Assembly: GCA_965226055.1 (NCBI GenBank)
Contig: CBDDCA010000002.1
Location: 64,001 to 128,000 of the forward strand
Reading direction: 5' to 3'
Length of the DNA: 64,000 nucleotides
Origin: Spirochaetia bacterium
Lineage (GTDB): Bacteria; Spirochaetota; Spirochaetia; WTKD01; G963693115
A program made the translations under genes and the position numbers. This document shows positions 41,922-51,964 of this stretch, in pieces. Position 1 is the stretch's first letter. Each line of letters opens with the position of its first letter. The notes beneath the pieces were generated by a model. The model saw nothing but the letters and a program-made list of their open reading frames with translations. It ran no database searches and had not been told where the DNA came from.

Positions 41922-42982
41922 CGCTTACCTATAGAAATATTGATCTTGATAAAATAGTCATTGATTTCTTTTTTACTGATATAAGAAAGAATATTTCCAT
42001 AGAGTTTTCTAGTAAAAAAATTTATGATATATTGTTTTTGTTTGATGGAAAAACAACTATTCAAGATATAATTCAGAAAATATCTATAACTAATATAGAA
42101 GCCTTTTTAAAGGTAATTAAAATGCTCAATGAGCAATGTATATTATTAGAAGTAGATACAGAATATAATGAATATTTTAGAGATAACTTTAAAGTATTTC
42201 ATTTTTTAGAAAATTATTATTCAAAGATTAGTAGAGTAAACGAAGTATTTTTAAAAATTAAAAATAGCACAGTGATGATTATTGGGTTAGGAGCAGTTGG
42301 ATCATTTGTTGCTGATATTCTTCTTGCTAATGGCGTAGAGAATTTCATATTAGTTGATAATGATACTGTTGCTATTTCTAATCTCCCAAGACAGTCATTT
42401 TTTGAAAAAGATATTGGTAAGTATAAAATAGATTGTATAGCAGAAAAATTTATGAGTATCAACAGTAATGTAAAAATAGAAAAAATACATGCTTTTTTAG
42501 ATAAAGATTTTTTTACACAGCATAATTTTAACAAGATAGACTTAATTATTAATTGTGCAGATAAGCCATCTGTTGATACTAACTCTCTTATAATAGGAGA
42601 GTATGGAATAAAAAATAATATACCTCATATTATTGGAGGAGGATATAATTTTCATATTTCCCTCATTGCTCAAACCGTAATTCCTTTTAAGACAGCTTGT
42701 GCTAAATGTCTTGATACTCAGCTAAAAGAGATAAATAGTTTTAAGGACACTGATATGAAAAGATTGATAAGAGAAGAACGTAAAATAGGAAGTTTTTTGC
42801 CATTATGTAATATTGCCTCTAGTATTATTTCAATGGAAAGTATAAAAATATTATCTGATTTAGATAAGTATCTTGGGACAGTAAATACACGGAAAGAGTT
42901 TAATGCTGAAACATTACAGATAATTGATAGGATGAAATTTAAAAAGGATCCTAATTGTTCATGGTGTTCAAATAATGGATAA
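41888..42982 (+). CDS. ThiF/MoeB (E1-like) adenylyltransferase 2 with N-terminal extension
   Basis: GLGAVG, VDNDTVAISNLPRQ, NCAD, CAKC and CSWC. Confidence 0.9.
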   Translation: MQQIYKLRSSIALTYRNIDLDKIVIDFFFTDIRKNISIEFSSKKIYDILFLFDGKTTIQDIIQKISITNIEAFLKVIKMLNEQCILLEVDTEYNEYFRDNFKVFHFLENYYSKISRVNEVFLKIKNSTVMIIGLGAVGSFVADILLANGVENFILVDNDTVAISNLPRQSFFEKDIGKYKIDCIAEKFMSINSNVKIEKIHAFLDKDFFTQHNFNKIDLIINCADKPSVDTNSLIIGEYGIKNNIPHIIGGGYNFHISLIAQTVIPFKTACAKCLDTQLKEINSFKDTDMKRLIREERKIGSFLPLCNIASSIISMESIKILSDLDKYLGTVNTRKEFNAETLQIIDRMKFKKDPNCSWCSNNG

Positions 42983-45197
42983 TACAAATATTACATATTC
43001 TAATATACTTACTAATAATCTTAAAGGAATAGATGTAACTATTGCCAAGAATAAAATAACTTGTTTTTATGGAAAGAGTGGTTCAGGAAAGAGTTCAATA
43101 GCATTTAATACAATTAATGCTATTTCAGAGTATGAATATGATAAGCTTCATAATAAAGAAGGGAGTAATTATTCTTTTGTCGTTTCGGATTACAATAATA
43201 TTATTCCATCGGTAGCAATTAGACAAATTAATAAAAATAATAATAGTCTTTCAACTATATATAGTTTTACATATATATCATCTTGCTTAAAAAAAATTTT
43301 CTCATATTACTCTAATATGAAATCTACAAATTTTTCACTCAATAATCTCTATAACTTATGTATTCACTGTAAAGGAATTGGGCATACATACACCCCTAAT
43401 ATTGAATACATCCTTGATAGGAAAAAGCCATTGGTACATCAGCCTATTAAGTATCATAATAAGTCTCGTCAGGATATATTTGATCAAAAATTGTTAAAGT
43501 TTTGTGCATTAAAAAATATTGATATACACAGTACTTTTGATGAATTAAGTACTGCAGAGAAAGATATGATTCTATATGGTGCTTCTGATCAAAAAATTGA
43601 ATTATCCTATCAGGTATATACTAAAGCACATAAAAAAAGAACAAGAAAGGTAAAAGAGCATTATATAGGAATACTACAAGAAATTGAGCAAATACTTGCT
43701 AGTAAGAAAGATATAAAAGAAGAATTTTTGAAACAACAGCCTTGTATGTATTGTAAAGGAGCATTATTTAAAGAAAAAATAAGAGATATTCCTATTTTGA
43801 ATAGTACAATAGGAGAGATTATGCTTCTTGATATTACTGGGTTATTGTCTTTTATTACGAGTAATAAGAGTGGTATTAAAGGGAGTGAGATAAGTACTAG
43901 TTTTAATTCATTGATGAATTTTTTACAAATTATGGTGAACAATAGCTTAGGACATTTATATTTAACTAGGAATATACCTTCTTTATCTGGGGGAGAGTTT
44001 CAAAAAATTCATTTTTGCTCAATACTCAACTCCTCGCTTTCAGGAATTTTGTTTGTAGGAGATGAAATTTCTTCTAATTTACATGTGAGTGAGTATGAAA
44101 ATATATGGAATCAGATTCAAAACATAAAATCAAAAGGGAATACTATCATTTTAGTAGAACACGAAGATTACTTTATTCAAAGAAGTGATATTAAAGTAGA
44201 AGTTGGTCCAAAGGGAGGGGTAGATGGAGGAAGAATAGTTTCAATAAATTCATACAAGAAAAGTCTTGATAGCAGTTTTAGAAATAAGATTACGGCTGAA
44301 ACATTTATAAAAATAGAAGATATCAATATCAATAACATTACCCACATGACAGTCAATATTGCAAAAAATTGTCTAAATTGTATTTGTGGAATATCTGGTT
44401 CTGGAAAAAGCTCTATTTCAAGATACTTACATGATAGGTATCCAAATTTTATTTATATAAATCAAAAACCAATTAATTCAATAAGCAAATCTATCATTGC
44501 AAGTTTTTCAGGTATCTTTACCGATATTAGAGAGTTATATTCTCAAGAGAATAATATTGATATGAGTTATTTTACATTTAATTCAGAAAATGGGCAATGT
44601 CATACTTGTAAAGGGAAAGGGCTTATTGAGGAAAAAATTAGTTTTTCAAATGATGTCATATCATATATGTGTCCTAGTTGTAATGGTGTGAGATTTAATA
44701 ATGATATTTTGCAGTATACATTTAAGGATCATAGTATATATGAGTTATTAAATTTGACAATAGATGAAATAATTTATAGTAATCTTTTTGAAGAGAGTAC
44801 CTCTTTAACAAATAAACTAGCATTGTTTGCTACTTTAGGATTAGGATATTTAACATTATTTCGCTCTGTAAAAAGTATTTCAGGCGGTGAATCACAGCGG
44901 CTTAAAATGATTAAGTATATCAATACCAATATTGAAAATAAATATTTTATCTTTGATGAGCCATTTACGGGAGTAGATAAAAGTAATTTTAGAAATATAT
45001 TACAGCTGTTTGATGAGTTGATTAGAAAATCAGCAACAATTATTATTGTAGAACATAAATTAGAAGCAATTAAGAATAGTGATCACATAATAGAACTTGA
45101 CAGAAATAAAAAAAATGAAGGAAATATAGTATTTGAGGGAAATATAGAACAGATGAAAAAGAGTAAAAAATCTATTATTAAAAATTATTTATTGTAA
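42975..45197 (+). CDS. UvrA-like (short, class II/DrrC-like) double ABC ATPase
   Basis: NNLKGIDV, GKSGSGKSS, LSGGE, second GISGSGKSS, ISGGE, FDEP; Zn fingers CIHCKG, CMYCKG, CHTCKG, CPSCNG; 740 aa. Confidence 0.88.
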   Translation: MDNTNITYSNILTNNLKGIDVTIAKNKITCFYGKSGSGKSSIAFNTINAISEYEYDKLHNKEGSNYSFVVSDYNNIIPSVAIRQINKNNNSLSTIYSFTYISSCLKKIFSYYSNMKSTNFSLNNLYNLCIHCKGIGHTYTPNIEYILDRKKPLVHQPIKYHNKSRQDIFDQKLLKFCALKNIDIHSTFDELSTAEKDMILYGASDQKIELSYQVYTKAHKKRTRKVKEHYIGILQEIEQILASKKDIKEEFLKQQPCMYCKGALFKEKIRDIPILNSTIGEIMLLDITGLLSFITSNKSGIKGSEISTSFNSLMNFLQIMVNNSLGHLYLTRNIPSLSGGEFQKIHFCSILNSSLSGILFVGDEISSNLHVSEYENIWNQIQNIKSKGNTIILVEHEDYFIQRSDIKVEVGPKGGVDGGRIVSINSYKKSLDSSFRNKITAETFIKIEDININNITHMTVNIAKNCLNCICGISGSGKSSISRYLHDRYPNFIYINQKPINSISKSIIASFSGIFTDIRELYSQENNIDMSYFTFNSENGQCHTCKGKGLIEEKISFSNDVISYMCPSCNGVRFNNDILQYTFKDHSIYELLNLTIDEIIYSNLFEESTSLTNKLALFATLGLGYLTLFRSVKSISGGESQRLKMIKYINTNIENKYFIFDEPFTGVDKSNFRNILQLFDELIRKSATIIIVEHKLEAIKNSDHIIELDRNKKNEGNIVFEGNIEQMKKSKKSIIKNYLL

Positions 45198-45284
45198 TAT
45201 AATAGAAAATATAGATGCTTATATAACTTTATTCCCCCACCCAAACTAAACAATAACGCCATAATACACTATAATATAAAATAA

Positions 45285-47213
45285 ATGGTATTTCACTCTC
45301 TCGCAATACATATACTAGAGCAATCTATACAGGCACTCTATGCTCCCATGCTAAAGGAAAGCAATGCCACTGTAGATAATGCTACACTCTCTACTATTAT
45401 GGGTATTCCCCCTAGCATAGACAAAGGAGACGTGGCTTTTCCCATGTTCTTTCTTGCAAAGATTGCAAAGAAAAGCCCGAAAGATATAGCTGTTCAGCTT
45501 GTTGAGTATATTATGAGCCAAAAAGACACACAAAATAGCAATGGTTATAATAATTCTCCAAAAAACTCCCTGCATCTATTACAGAAAGTGCAAGCTGATG
45601 GGGCATATGTGAATGTATTTTTTCAAAGGATAGCCATTACTAAACTGGTACTACAGGATATTGAACAACAAGGACAGCAGTACGGAGCGACACTCCATTC
45701 GATAGCACATGCCTATATTGATGCACAGTATAGCACCGAACCTACGCTAAAAGGCAAACGCATAATGATAGAATATTCTGCCCCCAATACCAATAAGCCC
45801 TTGCACATAGGGCATCTGCGTAACAATGTACTAGGAGAATCTATAAGTCGTATACTAGCCTTTTCTGGAGCAGAAGTGCAGCGAGTCAATCTTATCAACG
45901 ACAGAGGCGTGCATATTTGTAAATCCATGCTTTCGTATCAGATGTTTGCACATGGGGAAACCCCTGCACAAGCACAGCAAAAGCCAGATCATTTTGTAGG
46001 AAGCTACTATGTAAAATACAGTAAGTGGGCAGAACAGCATCCTGAGAAAGCAGAGCAAGCAATAAACACCATGCTACAGCAGTGGGAACAAAACGATCCT
46101 GAAACCCGAGCATTGTGGAAACAGATGAATACATGGGCGTTGGCAGGCATATTTGAAACCTACAAAGTTACTGATATTCATTTTGATACAATTTACTATG
46201 AAAGTGAAACCTACCAGCGAGGAAAAGAAGAAATTCTTAAAGGGTACAAAAAAGGACTTTTCTATAAAGATGAGAAAGGAGCTATACGCCTCTCGTTAAA
46301 GGAAATAGGCCTTGATGAAAAAGTGCTATTACGCTCCGATGGTACGAGTGTGTACATTACCCAAGATGTAGGCACTGCACTGCAACGATATGAAGATTGG
46401 AACTTTGACACACACATGTATGTTGTTGCAAATGAACAAACATATCATTTTCAAGTATTATTTTATTTGCTTAGCACACTAGGCTTTGCTCCTGCCTGTA
46501 ATAACGCCATGCAGCATCTCCACTATGGTATGGTACATCTTCCCGAAGGAAAAATGAAATCAAGAGAAGGGAAGGTTGTCGATGCCGATGATCTTATTGC
46601 TACTGTGTCCTCACTTATCAAAGAAGAAGTATATGAACGCAACAGACACGATGAGTTTGAAGATGTAGAGTCGGTGGTACATAACATAGCATTAGGAGCT
46701 ATCCATTATTATTTGCTTCATGTAAATGCCAAAAAAGATTTATTGTTTAACCCTGCATCTTCTATATCGTTTCAAGGAAACACAGGCCCCTATCTACAAT
46801 ATACCTGTGCAAGAATCACCTCACTCTTACGAGAGTATAATCGCAAGCACAACCTAAAGCACAGTCAAAAGTACAGCACAGACACAGAGACTGCTGAAGC
46901 TCCCGCCCCCCAAGATATGCAAAGCCTCTCCCAAAACTATAGCATGCAAGATGAAGAGTGGAAGCTCATCATAAAGATGGATAATTTTGCCTCCATCATT
47001 ACGCAAGTAATAGAAAAACACGATCCTTCACTCCTAGCGAAATATGTGTACGAGCTTGCAAGCGATTTTGCACGATATTACCATAGTGTTCCCATTGTGA
47101 AAGAACAGAACCCTGCCATACAGTCATTGAGATTGAGAATATGCACAGCACTTTTACAGGTAATGAAAAATGCACTGCATTTGCTGGTCATTCCCTATGT
47201 AGATAAAATGTAA
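45285..47213 (+). CDS. argS: Arginyl-tRNA synthetase
   Basis: EYSAPNTNKPLHIGHLRN, KMKSREG, GNTGPYLQY. Confidence 0.97.
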   Translation: MVFHSLAIHILEQSIQALYAPMLKESNATVDNATLSTIMGIPPSIDKGDVAFPMFFLAKIAKKSPKDIAVQLVEYIMSQKDTQNSNGYNNSPKNSLHLLQKVQADGAYVNVFFQRIAITKLVLQDIEQQGQQYGATLHSIAHAYIDAQYSTEPTLKGKRIMIEYSAPNTNKPLHIGHLRNNVLGESISRILAFSGAEVQRVNLINDRGVHICKSMLSYQMFAHGETPAQAQQKPDHFVGSYYVKYSKWAEQHPEKAEQAINTMLQQWEQNDPETRALWKQMNTWALAGIFETYKVTDIHFDTIYYESETYQRGKEEILKGYKKGLFYKDEKGAIRLSLKEIGLDEKVLLRSDGTSVYITQDVGTALQRYEDWNFDTHMYVVANEQTYHFQVLFYLLSTLGFAPACNNAMQHLHYGMVHLPEGKMKSREGKVVDADDLIATVSSLIKEEVYERNRHDEFEDVESVVHNIALGAIHYYLLHVNAKKDLLFNPASSISFQGNTGPYLQYTCARITSLLREYNRKHNLKHSQKYSTDTETAEAPAPQDMQSLSQNYSMQDEEWKLIIKMDNFASIITQVIEKHDPSLLAKYVYELASDFARYYHSVPIVKEQNPAIQSLRLRICTALLQVMKNALHLLVIPYVDKM

Positions 47214-47371
47214 TCTTTCTTGCTTTGACACACTTTTATATAAGACATTTGTGTATTTTTACTATAAATTACTACATAATCGTATTTTTTATTATTTTGT
47301 AGTGTAATAATTACATCTATGTAATATTTAATGGTATAATAAAAATGCTTATAACTCTAGGAGTATACAAT

Positions 47372-50300
47372 ATGAATAGTAGCACAAAACAAAAAAAGAA
47401 ACAACCAGAACCTCGATATGCATATCCACAAGATAAGGACTTGCACAATGTTAGTCTTGAAAAAGACAGTTGTGGAACAGGATTTATTGTTCATCTAAAA
47501 AAACAAGCCTCGCATACATTAGTACATGATGCTCTTACTATGCTCAAGCGTATGGATCATAGAGGAGCAAGAGGAGCCGAAGTCAACTCTGGGGATGGAG
47601 TTGGCATTATGATTTCTATCCCGCACGAGCTCTTGCAGGAAAAAACAAAAGCACTAGGAATGACCCTGCCAACTGAGGCAGGGAGTTATGCCACAGGCAA
47701 TATTTTTCTTCCAAAAGATAAGGAGCATAGGCAGGAGTGTAAAAAGCATTTTTCAATGCTTGCCGATATGTATGGAGTTGCTATCATTGGATGGAGAACA
47801 CTGGAAGTAGACAATAGCTCGTTAGGAAAATCAGCAAAAGCCTGTGAACCTGTTGTTGAACAAGTCTATCTTGTTGCTAAAAAGGAAGTGTCTTCTCAGT
47901 TACAAAAGCTCAATTTTCAACAGAAAGTATATCTTTTGCAGAAAAAGGCAAGCAATAGCATTCGTGGTTCTCACTATGATCCATATAAATTATTCTATAT
48001 TTGTTCATTATCTTCTGAGACTATTGTATACAAAGGAATGCTTACTACAGAACAATTACAAGAATACTATCTTGATTTACAACATGAAAACTGTAAGTCA
48101 TATCTTGCTCTTGTACATTCCCGTTTTTCTACTAATACCTTTCCTAGCTGGGATAGAGCACAGCCTTTTCGTATGATGAGCCATAATGGAGAAATAAATA
48201 CTCTGCTTGGCAATCAAAACAAAATGAATGCACGTCAGCAGATAATGGAAAGTGCATCCTATGGTGAGCTGTTGTCTGATATATATCCTATTATAGCACA
48301 GGACACTTCTGATAGTGGCGCGCTTGATAATACTATGGAATTTCTCTATAATAATGGATGTTCTCTTGATAAAATCGTATGTATGATGATACCCGAAGCA
48401 TGGCAGCATGATGATCTTATGACAGAAGAAAGAAAGGCAATGTATCAAGCATATAGCTGTATTATGGAACCATGGGATGGCCCTGCTTGTATTACATTTA
48501 CTGATGGTCGTTATGTTGGAGCAGTCATTGACAGAAACGGATTGCGTCCAAGCAGATATTATGTTACCAATCAAGATACTGTTATTATGGCAAGTGAGTT
48601 TGGAGTTGTCGAAGTAGATCAAAACACAGTCATAAAAAAAGATAGACTGCAGCCAGGCAAAGTATTTCTCATTGATACTCATACTCATACAATAGTGAGT
48701 GATGAAGATATTAAAAAGCATTTAGAAACGCAACAACCATATAGTTCATGGCTACAGAATCAGCAAATAAGAATGCAAGACTTAGAAGAGCAGAACATTG
48801 AGACAATTTCAGAAGCAGAGATAGAGCGAAGAACACTGAGTTATGGATACACAAAAGAAGATGCTTTGTTTTTACTAAAACCAATGGTAGAGCTTGCAAA
48901 AGAGCCTATAGGTTCTATGGGAAATGATGTTGCTCTTGCTTGTTTATCAGAACAACCCCGATTACTCTATGATTATTTTAAGCAGTGGTTTGCCCAAGTG
49001 ACCAACCCTCCTATTGATTCAATACGAGAGAGAGTTATTATGAGTATAGGATCGTATATAGGAAGAGAGAGTAATATACTGAACATGGATGAGCATCAAT
49101 GTAATAGGATTTGGATAGATCATCCAGTGCTTACTCATAAAGAATTTTTTAAGTTACAACATTTGAACTATAAAGGATGGAAATCGCGTACTATTGATAT
49201 AAGTTATCCTATTGCTGACGGAGAAGAGGGATTACAAAAAGCAGTAGAAGCAGTAAAAAAGAAAGCCGAAGAAGTGGCAGCAGACGATGTGCAAGTTATT
49301 ATTTTAAGTGACAGGCGTATAAGCAAAGATCGAGTTGCCATGAGTGCTCTTATGGCAGTAAGTGCAGTACACCATCATCTTATTGAGAAAAAATTACGTT
49401 CAAATGTTGCTATTGTCATAGATTCTGGCGAGCCACGTGAGGTACATCATTTTTGTACTCTTATAGGCTATGGGGGAGATGCTATCTTTCCTTATCTTGC
49501 ATTTGAATTACTGTATAAAATGCATGGTGAACACGTTATTGATACCAGCATAGCAAAAGAAGATATTGATAGCCGTTTTTTGAAAGCCATTGAATACGGT
49601 ATATGCAAAGTAATAGCAAAGATGGGAATATCTACCATTGATAGCTATCGAGGTTCACAAATTTTTGAAGCAGTTGGATTAGGAAAGGATGTTATAGACT
49701 CTTGTTTTCAAGGTACTGTATCTCGCCTTGAAGGTATTAGCTTTAAGGAAATTGCAAAAGAATATATGCAACTACATCAAAAAGGCTACAGTGGTACTAT
49801 TGATACTACTGTAGTAGGGGCAAATATTATCAATTTAGGAAACTTTCAGTGGAGAGAAGAAGGATTGCAGCATATGTGGGATCCCGAATCAGTTGCTCTT
49901 TTTCAACACGCTTTACGTGCAAACGATAAAACGCTTTTTGATGCATTTGCAGAAAGACAAAATACACGTTCAGCATCACAGGCTACCATACGAGGCTTAT
50001 TTCGTTTTTCAAAGCAAGAGCCTGTGCCTATTGAAAAAGTAGAACCTGTAAGTGAAATTGTAAAACGTTTTGCCACAGGAGCAATGAGTTATGGCTCAAT
50101 CTCACAAAAGGCACATGAAGCAATAGCGATTGGGATGAACAGAATAGGAGCAAAATCTAACACAGGGGAAGGAGGAGAACTTTCTGAACGATTTATTCCT
50201 ATGGCAAATGGAGATAGTAAGCGTTCTGCAATAAAACAAGTAGCTTCGGGGCGTTTTGGGGTTACCATAGAATATCTTGCAAATTCTGATGAAATACAGA

Positions 50301-51964
50301 TAAAGATGGCACAGGGAGCAAAGCCTGGTGAAGGAGGTGAGCTTCCGGGAAAGAAAGTTCTCACTAAAATAGCACAAACACGACATTCTATACCTGGTAT
50401 TGGGCTTATTAGTCCGCCACCTCATCATGATATATATTCTATTGAAGATTTAGCACAGTTAATTTATGACTTAAAAAATGCTAATCCAGATGCACGTATT
50501 AGTGTAAAACTTGTATCAAAAGCAGGAGTAGGAGTCATTGCAGCAGGGGTAGCAAAAGGAAAAGCAGATCATATTCTCATATCTGGGCATGATGGAGGCA
50601 CAGGGGCATCGCCTCTTACGAGTATTAAACACGCAGGGCTTCCTTGGGAATTAGGGATAGCAGAAACACATCAGGTGCTTGTACGCAATGGCTTACGTTC
50701 AAGAGTTATATTACAGACAGATGGACAACTAAAAACAGGCCGTGACCTTGCGATAGCAGCGATACTTGGAGCAGAAGAGTTTGGGTTTGCTACTTCTGCA
50801 CTTATTGCGTTAGGCTGTATTATGATGAGAAAATGTGAACTAAATACATGCCCAGTCGGTGTTGCTACCCACGATGAAAAGCTAGTAGATAAATTTACAG
50901 GGAAACCAGAATATATTGAACGAATGATGCACTTTATTGCAGAAAATTTACGAGAAGTCATGGCTTCCATTGGCATTACAAAAGTGGAGGATCTTATAGG
51001 AAGAACAGATTTACTTGAAATAGATGAAACTGTCTTAAATTGGAAATCTCGTACCTTAAATCTCAACCCTTTATTAGGAAAAGAAATTGGAGAAGAGGCA
51101 AGTTTGCAGCAGTATTGTAGTATAAGTCAAGATCATGGACTAGATTCTGTACTGGATAGACAAATTTTAGCTGATTTTCAAGAAAGTATTGATACAAAAG
51201 CAGTTCAGAAAAAAGAATATCGTATTAAAAATACTGATAGAGCAGTAGGGACTATTGTGAGTAATGCTATTGCAAAAAAATATGGCTTGAAAGGGTTGCA
51301 CGAAGATAGTATTCAAGTACATGTAGATGGTCATGCAGGGCAAAGTTTTGGGGCTTTTCTTGCACATGGTGTTACATTGCGACTAAGTGGCGATGCAAAC
51401 GATTATGTAGGAAAAGGCTTATCAGGAGGAGTTTTAGAAATAGTACCTCAAGAAAAAAGAGCCTTTGTTCCTGAAGATAATATTATTGTAGGAAATGTAG
51501 TACTCTACGGAGCAGTGTTAGGAAAAGCATTTATTAACGGAAAGGCAGCGGAACGTTTTTGTATACGAAATAGTGGAGCACATGCAGTAGTAGAGGGAGC
51601 AGGAGCACATGCATGTGAATACATGACTGGTGGCCGTGTTCTTATTCTTGGAGAAGTAGGAAGAAATTTTTGTTCAGGTATGAGTGGTGGATTAGTGTAT
51701 GTGTGGGATATAGAAAAAACTGTATCACCTAATTTACATAACCCTCTTGCAAAAATATATAAAATAAATGCGTATGATGTAGATGAGATACAATCAATGT
51801 TGCAAGAACACTATAAAAGAACAGCTTCTTCACGAGCCGAGTATTTATTACATAACTGGGATATTGAAATACGAAACTTTGTGAAAGTAGGCACAGAAGA
51901 ATTTGTTTCGATAATTGATAATCAGAGAGACATGTTACTTGAATCAAAAAAAGGAGCTATATAA
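47372..51964 (+). CDS. gltB: Glutamate synthase large subunit
   Basis: EKDSCGTG, HSRFSTNTFPSW, HNGEIN, QVASGRFGV, AQGAKPGEGG; AGGAG precedes ATG 47372. Confidence 0.98.
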   Translation: MNSSTKQKKKQPEPRYAYPQDKDLHNVSLEKDSCGTGFIVHLKKQASHTLVHDALTMLKRMDHRGARGAEVNSGDGVGIMISIPHELLQEKTKALGMTLPTEAGSYATGNIFLPKDKEHRQECKKHFSMLADMYGVAIIGWRTLEVDNSSLGKSAKACEPVVEQVYLVAKKEVSSQLQKLNFQQKVYLLQKKASNSIRGSHYDPYKLFYICSLSSETIVYKGMLTTEQLQEYYLDLQHENCKSYLALVHSRFSTNTFPSWDRAQPFRMMSHNGEINTLLGNQNKMNARQQIMESASYGELLSDIYPIIAQDTSDSGALDNTMEFLYNNGCSLDKIVCMMIPEAWQHDDLMTEERKAMYQAYSCIMEPWDGPACITFTDGRYVGAVIDRNGLRPSRYYVTNQDTVIMASEFGVVEVDQNTVIKKDRLQPGKVFLIDTHTHTIVSDEDIKKHLETQQPYSSWLQNQQIRMQDLEEQNIETISEAEIERRTLSYGYTKEDALFLLKPMVELAKEPIGSMGNDVALACLSEQPRLLYDYFKQWFAQVTNPPIDSIRERVIMSIGSYIGRESNILNMDEHQCNRIWIDHPVLTHKEFFKLQHLNYKGWKSRTIDISYPIADGEEGLQKAVEAVKKKAEEVAADDVQVIILSDRRISKDRVAMSALMAVSAVHHHLIEKKLRSNVAIVIDSGEPREVHHFCTLIGYGGDAIFPYLAFELLYKMHGEHVIDTSIAKEDIDSRFLKAIEYGICKVIAKMGISTIDSYRGSQIFEAVGLGKDVIDSCFQGTVSRLEGISFKEIAKEYMQLHQKGYSGTIDTTVVGANIINLGNFQWREEGLQHMWDPESVALFQHALRANDKTLFDAFAERQNTRSASQATIRGLFRFSKQEPVPIEKVEPVSEIVKRFATGAMSYGSISQKAHEAIAIGMNRIGAKSNTGEGGELSERFIPMANGDSKRSAIKQVASGRFGVTIEYLANSDEIQIKMAQGAKPGEGGELPGKKVLTKIAQTRHSIPGIGLISPPPHHDIYSIEDLAQLIYDLKNANPDARISVKLVSKAGVGVIAAGVAKGKADHILISGHDGGTGASPLTSIKHAGLPWELGIAETHQVLVRNGLRSRVILQTDGQLKTGRDLAIAAILGAEEFGFATSALIALGCIMMRKCELNTCPVGVATHDEKLVDKFTGKPEYIERMMHFIAENLREVMASIGITKVEDLIGRTDLLEIDETVLNWKSRTLNLNPLLGKEIGEEASLQQYCSISQDHGLDSVLDRQILADFQESIDTKAVQKKEYRIKNTDRAVGTIVSNAIAKKYGLKGLHEDSIQVHVDGHAGQSFGAFLAHGVTLRLSGDANDYVGKGLSGGVLEIVPQEKRAFVPEDNIIVGNVVLYGAVLGKAFINGKAAERFCIRNSGAHAVVEGAGAHACEYMTGGRVLILGEVGRNFCSGMSGGLVYVWDIEKTVSPNLHNPLAKIYKINAYDVDEIQSMLQEHYKRTASSRAEYLLHNWDIEIRNFVKVGTEEFVSIIDNQRDMLLESKKGAI

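Noticed and set aside
40785-42982. Thiamine or molybdopterin biosynthesis thiF/moeB
   Set aside because: No ThiS/MoaD-like carrier ending in GG and no thi/moa genes; both proteins have long N-terminal extensions
42975-45197. Housekeeping uvrA
   Set aside because: Only 740 aa, divergent motifs, located in an AT-rich island and coupled to ThiF genes
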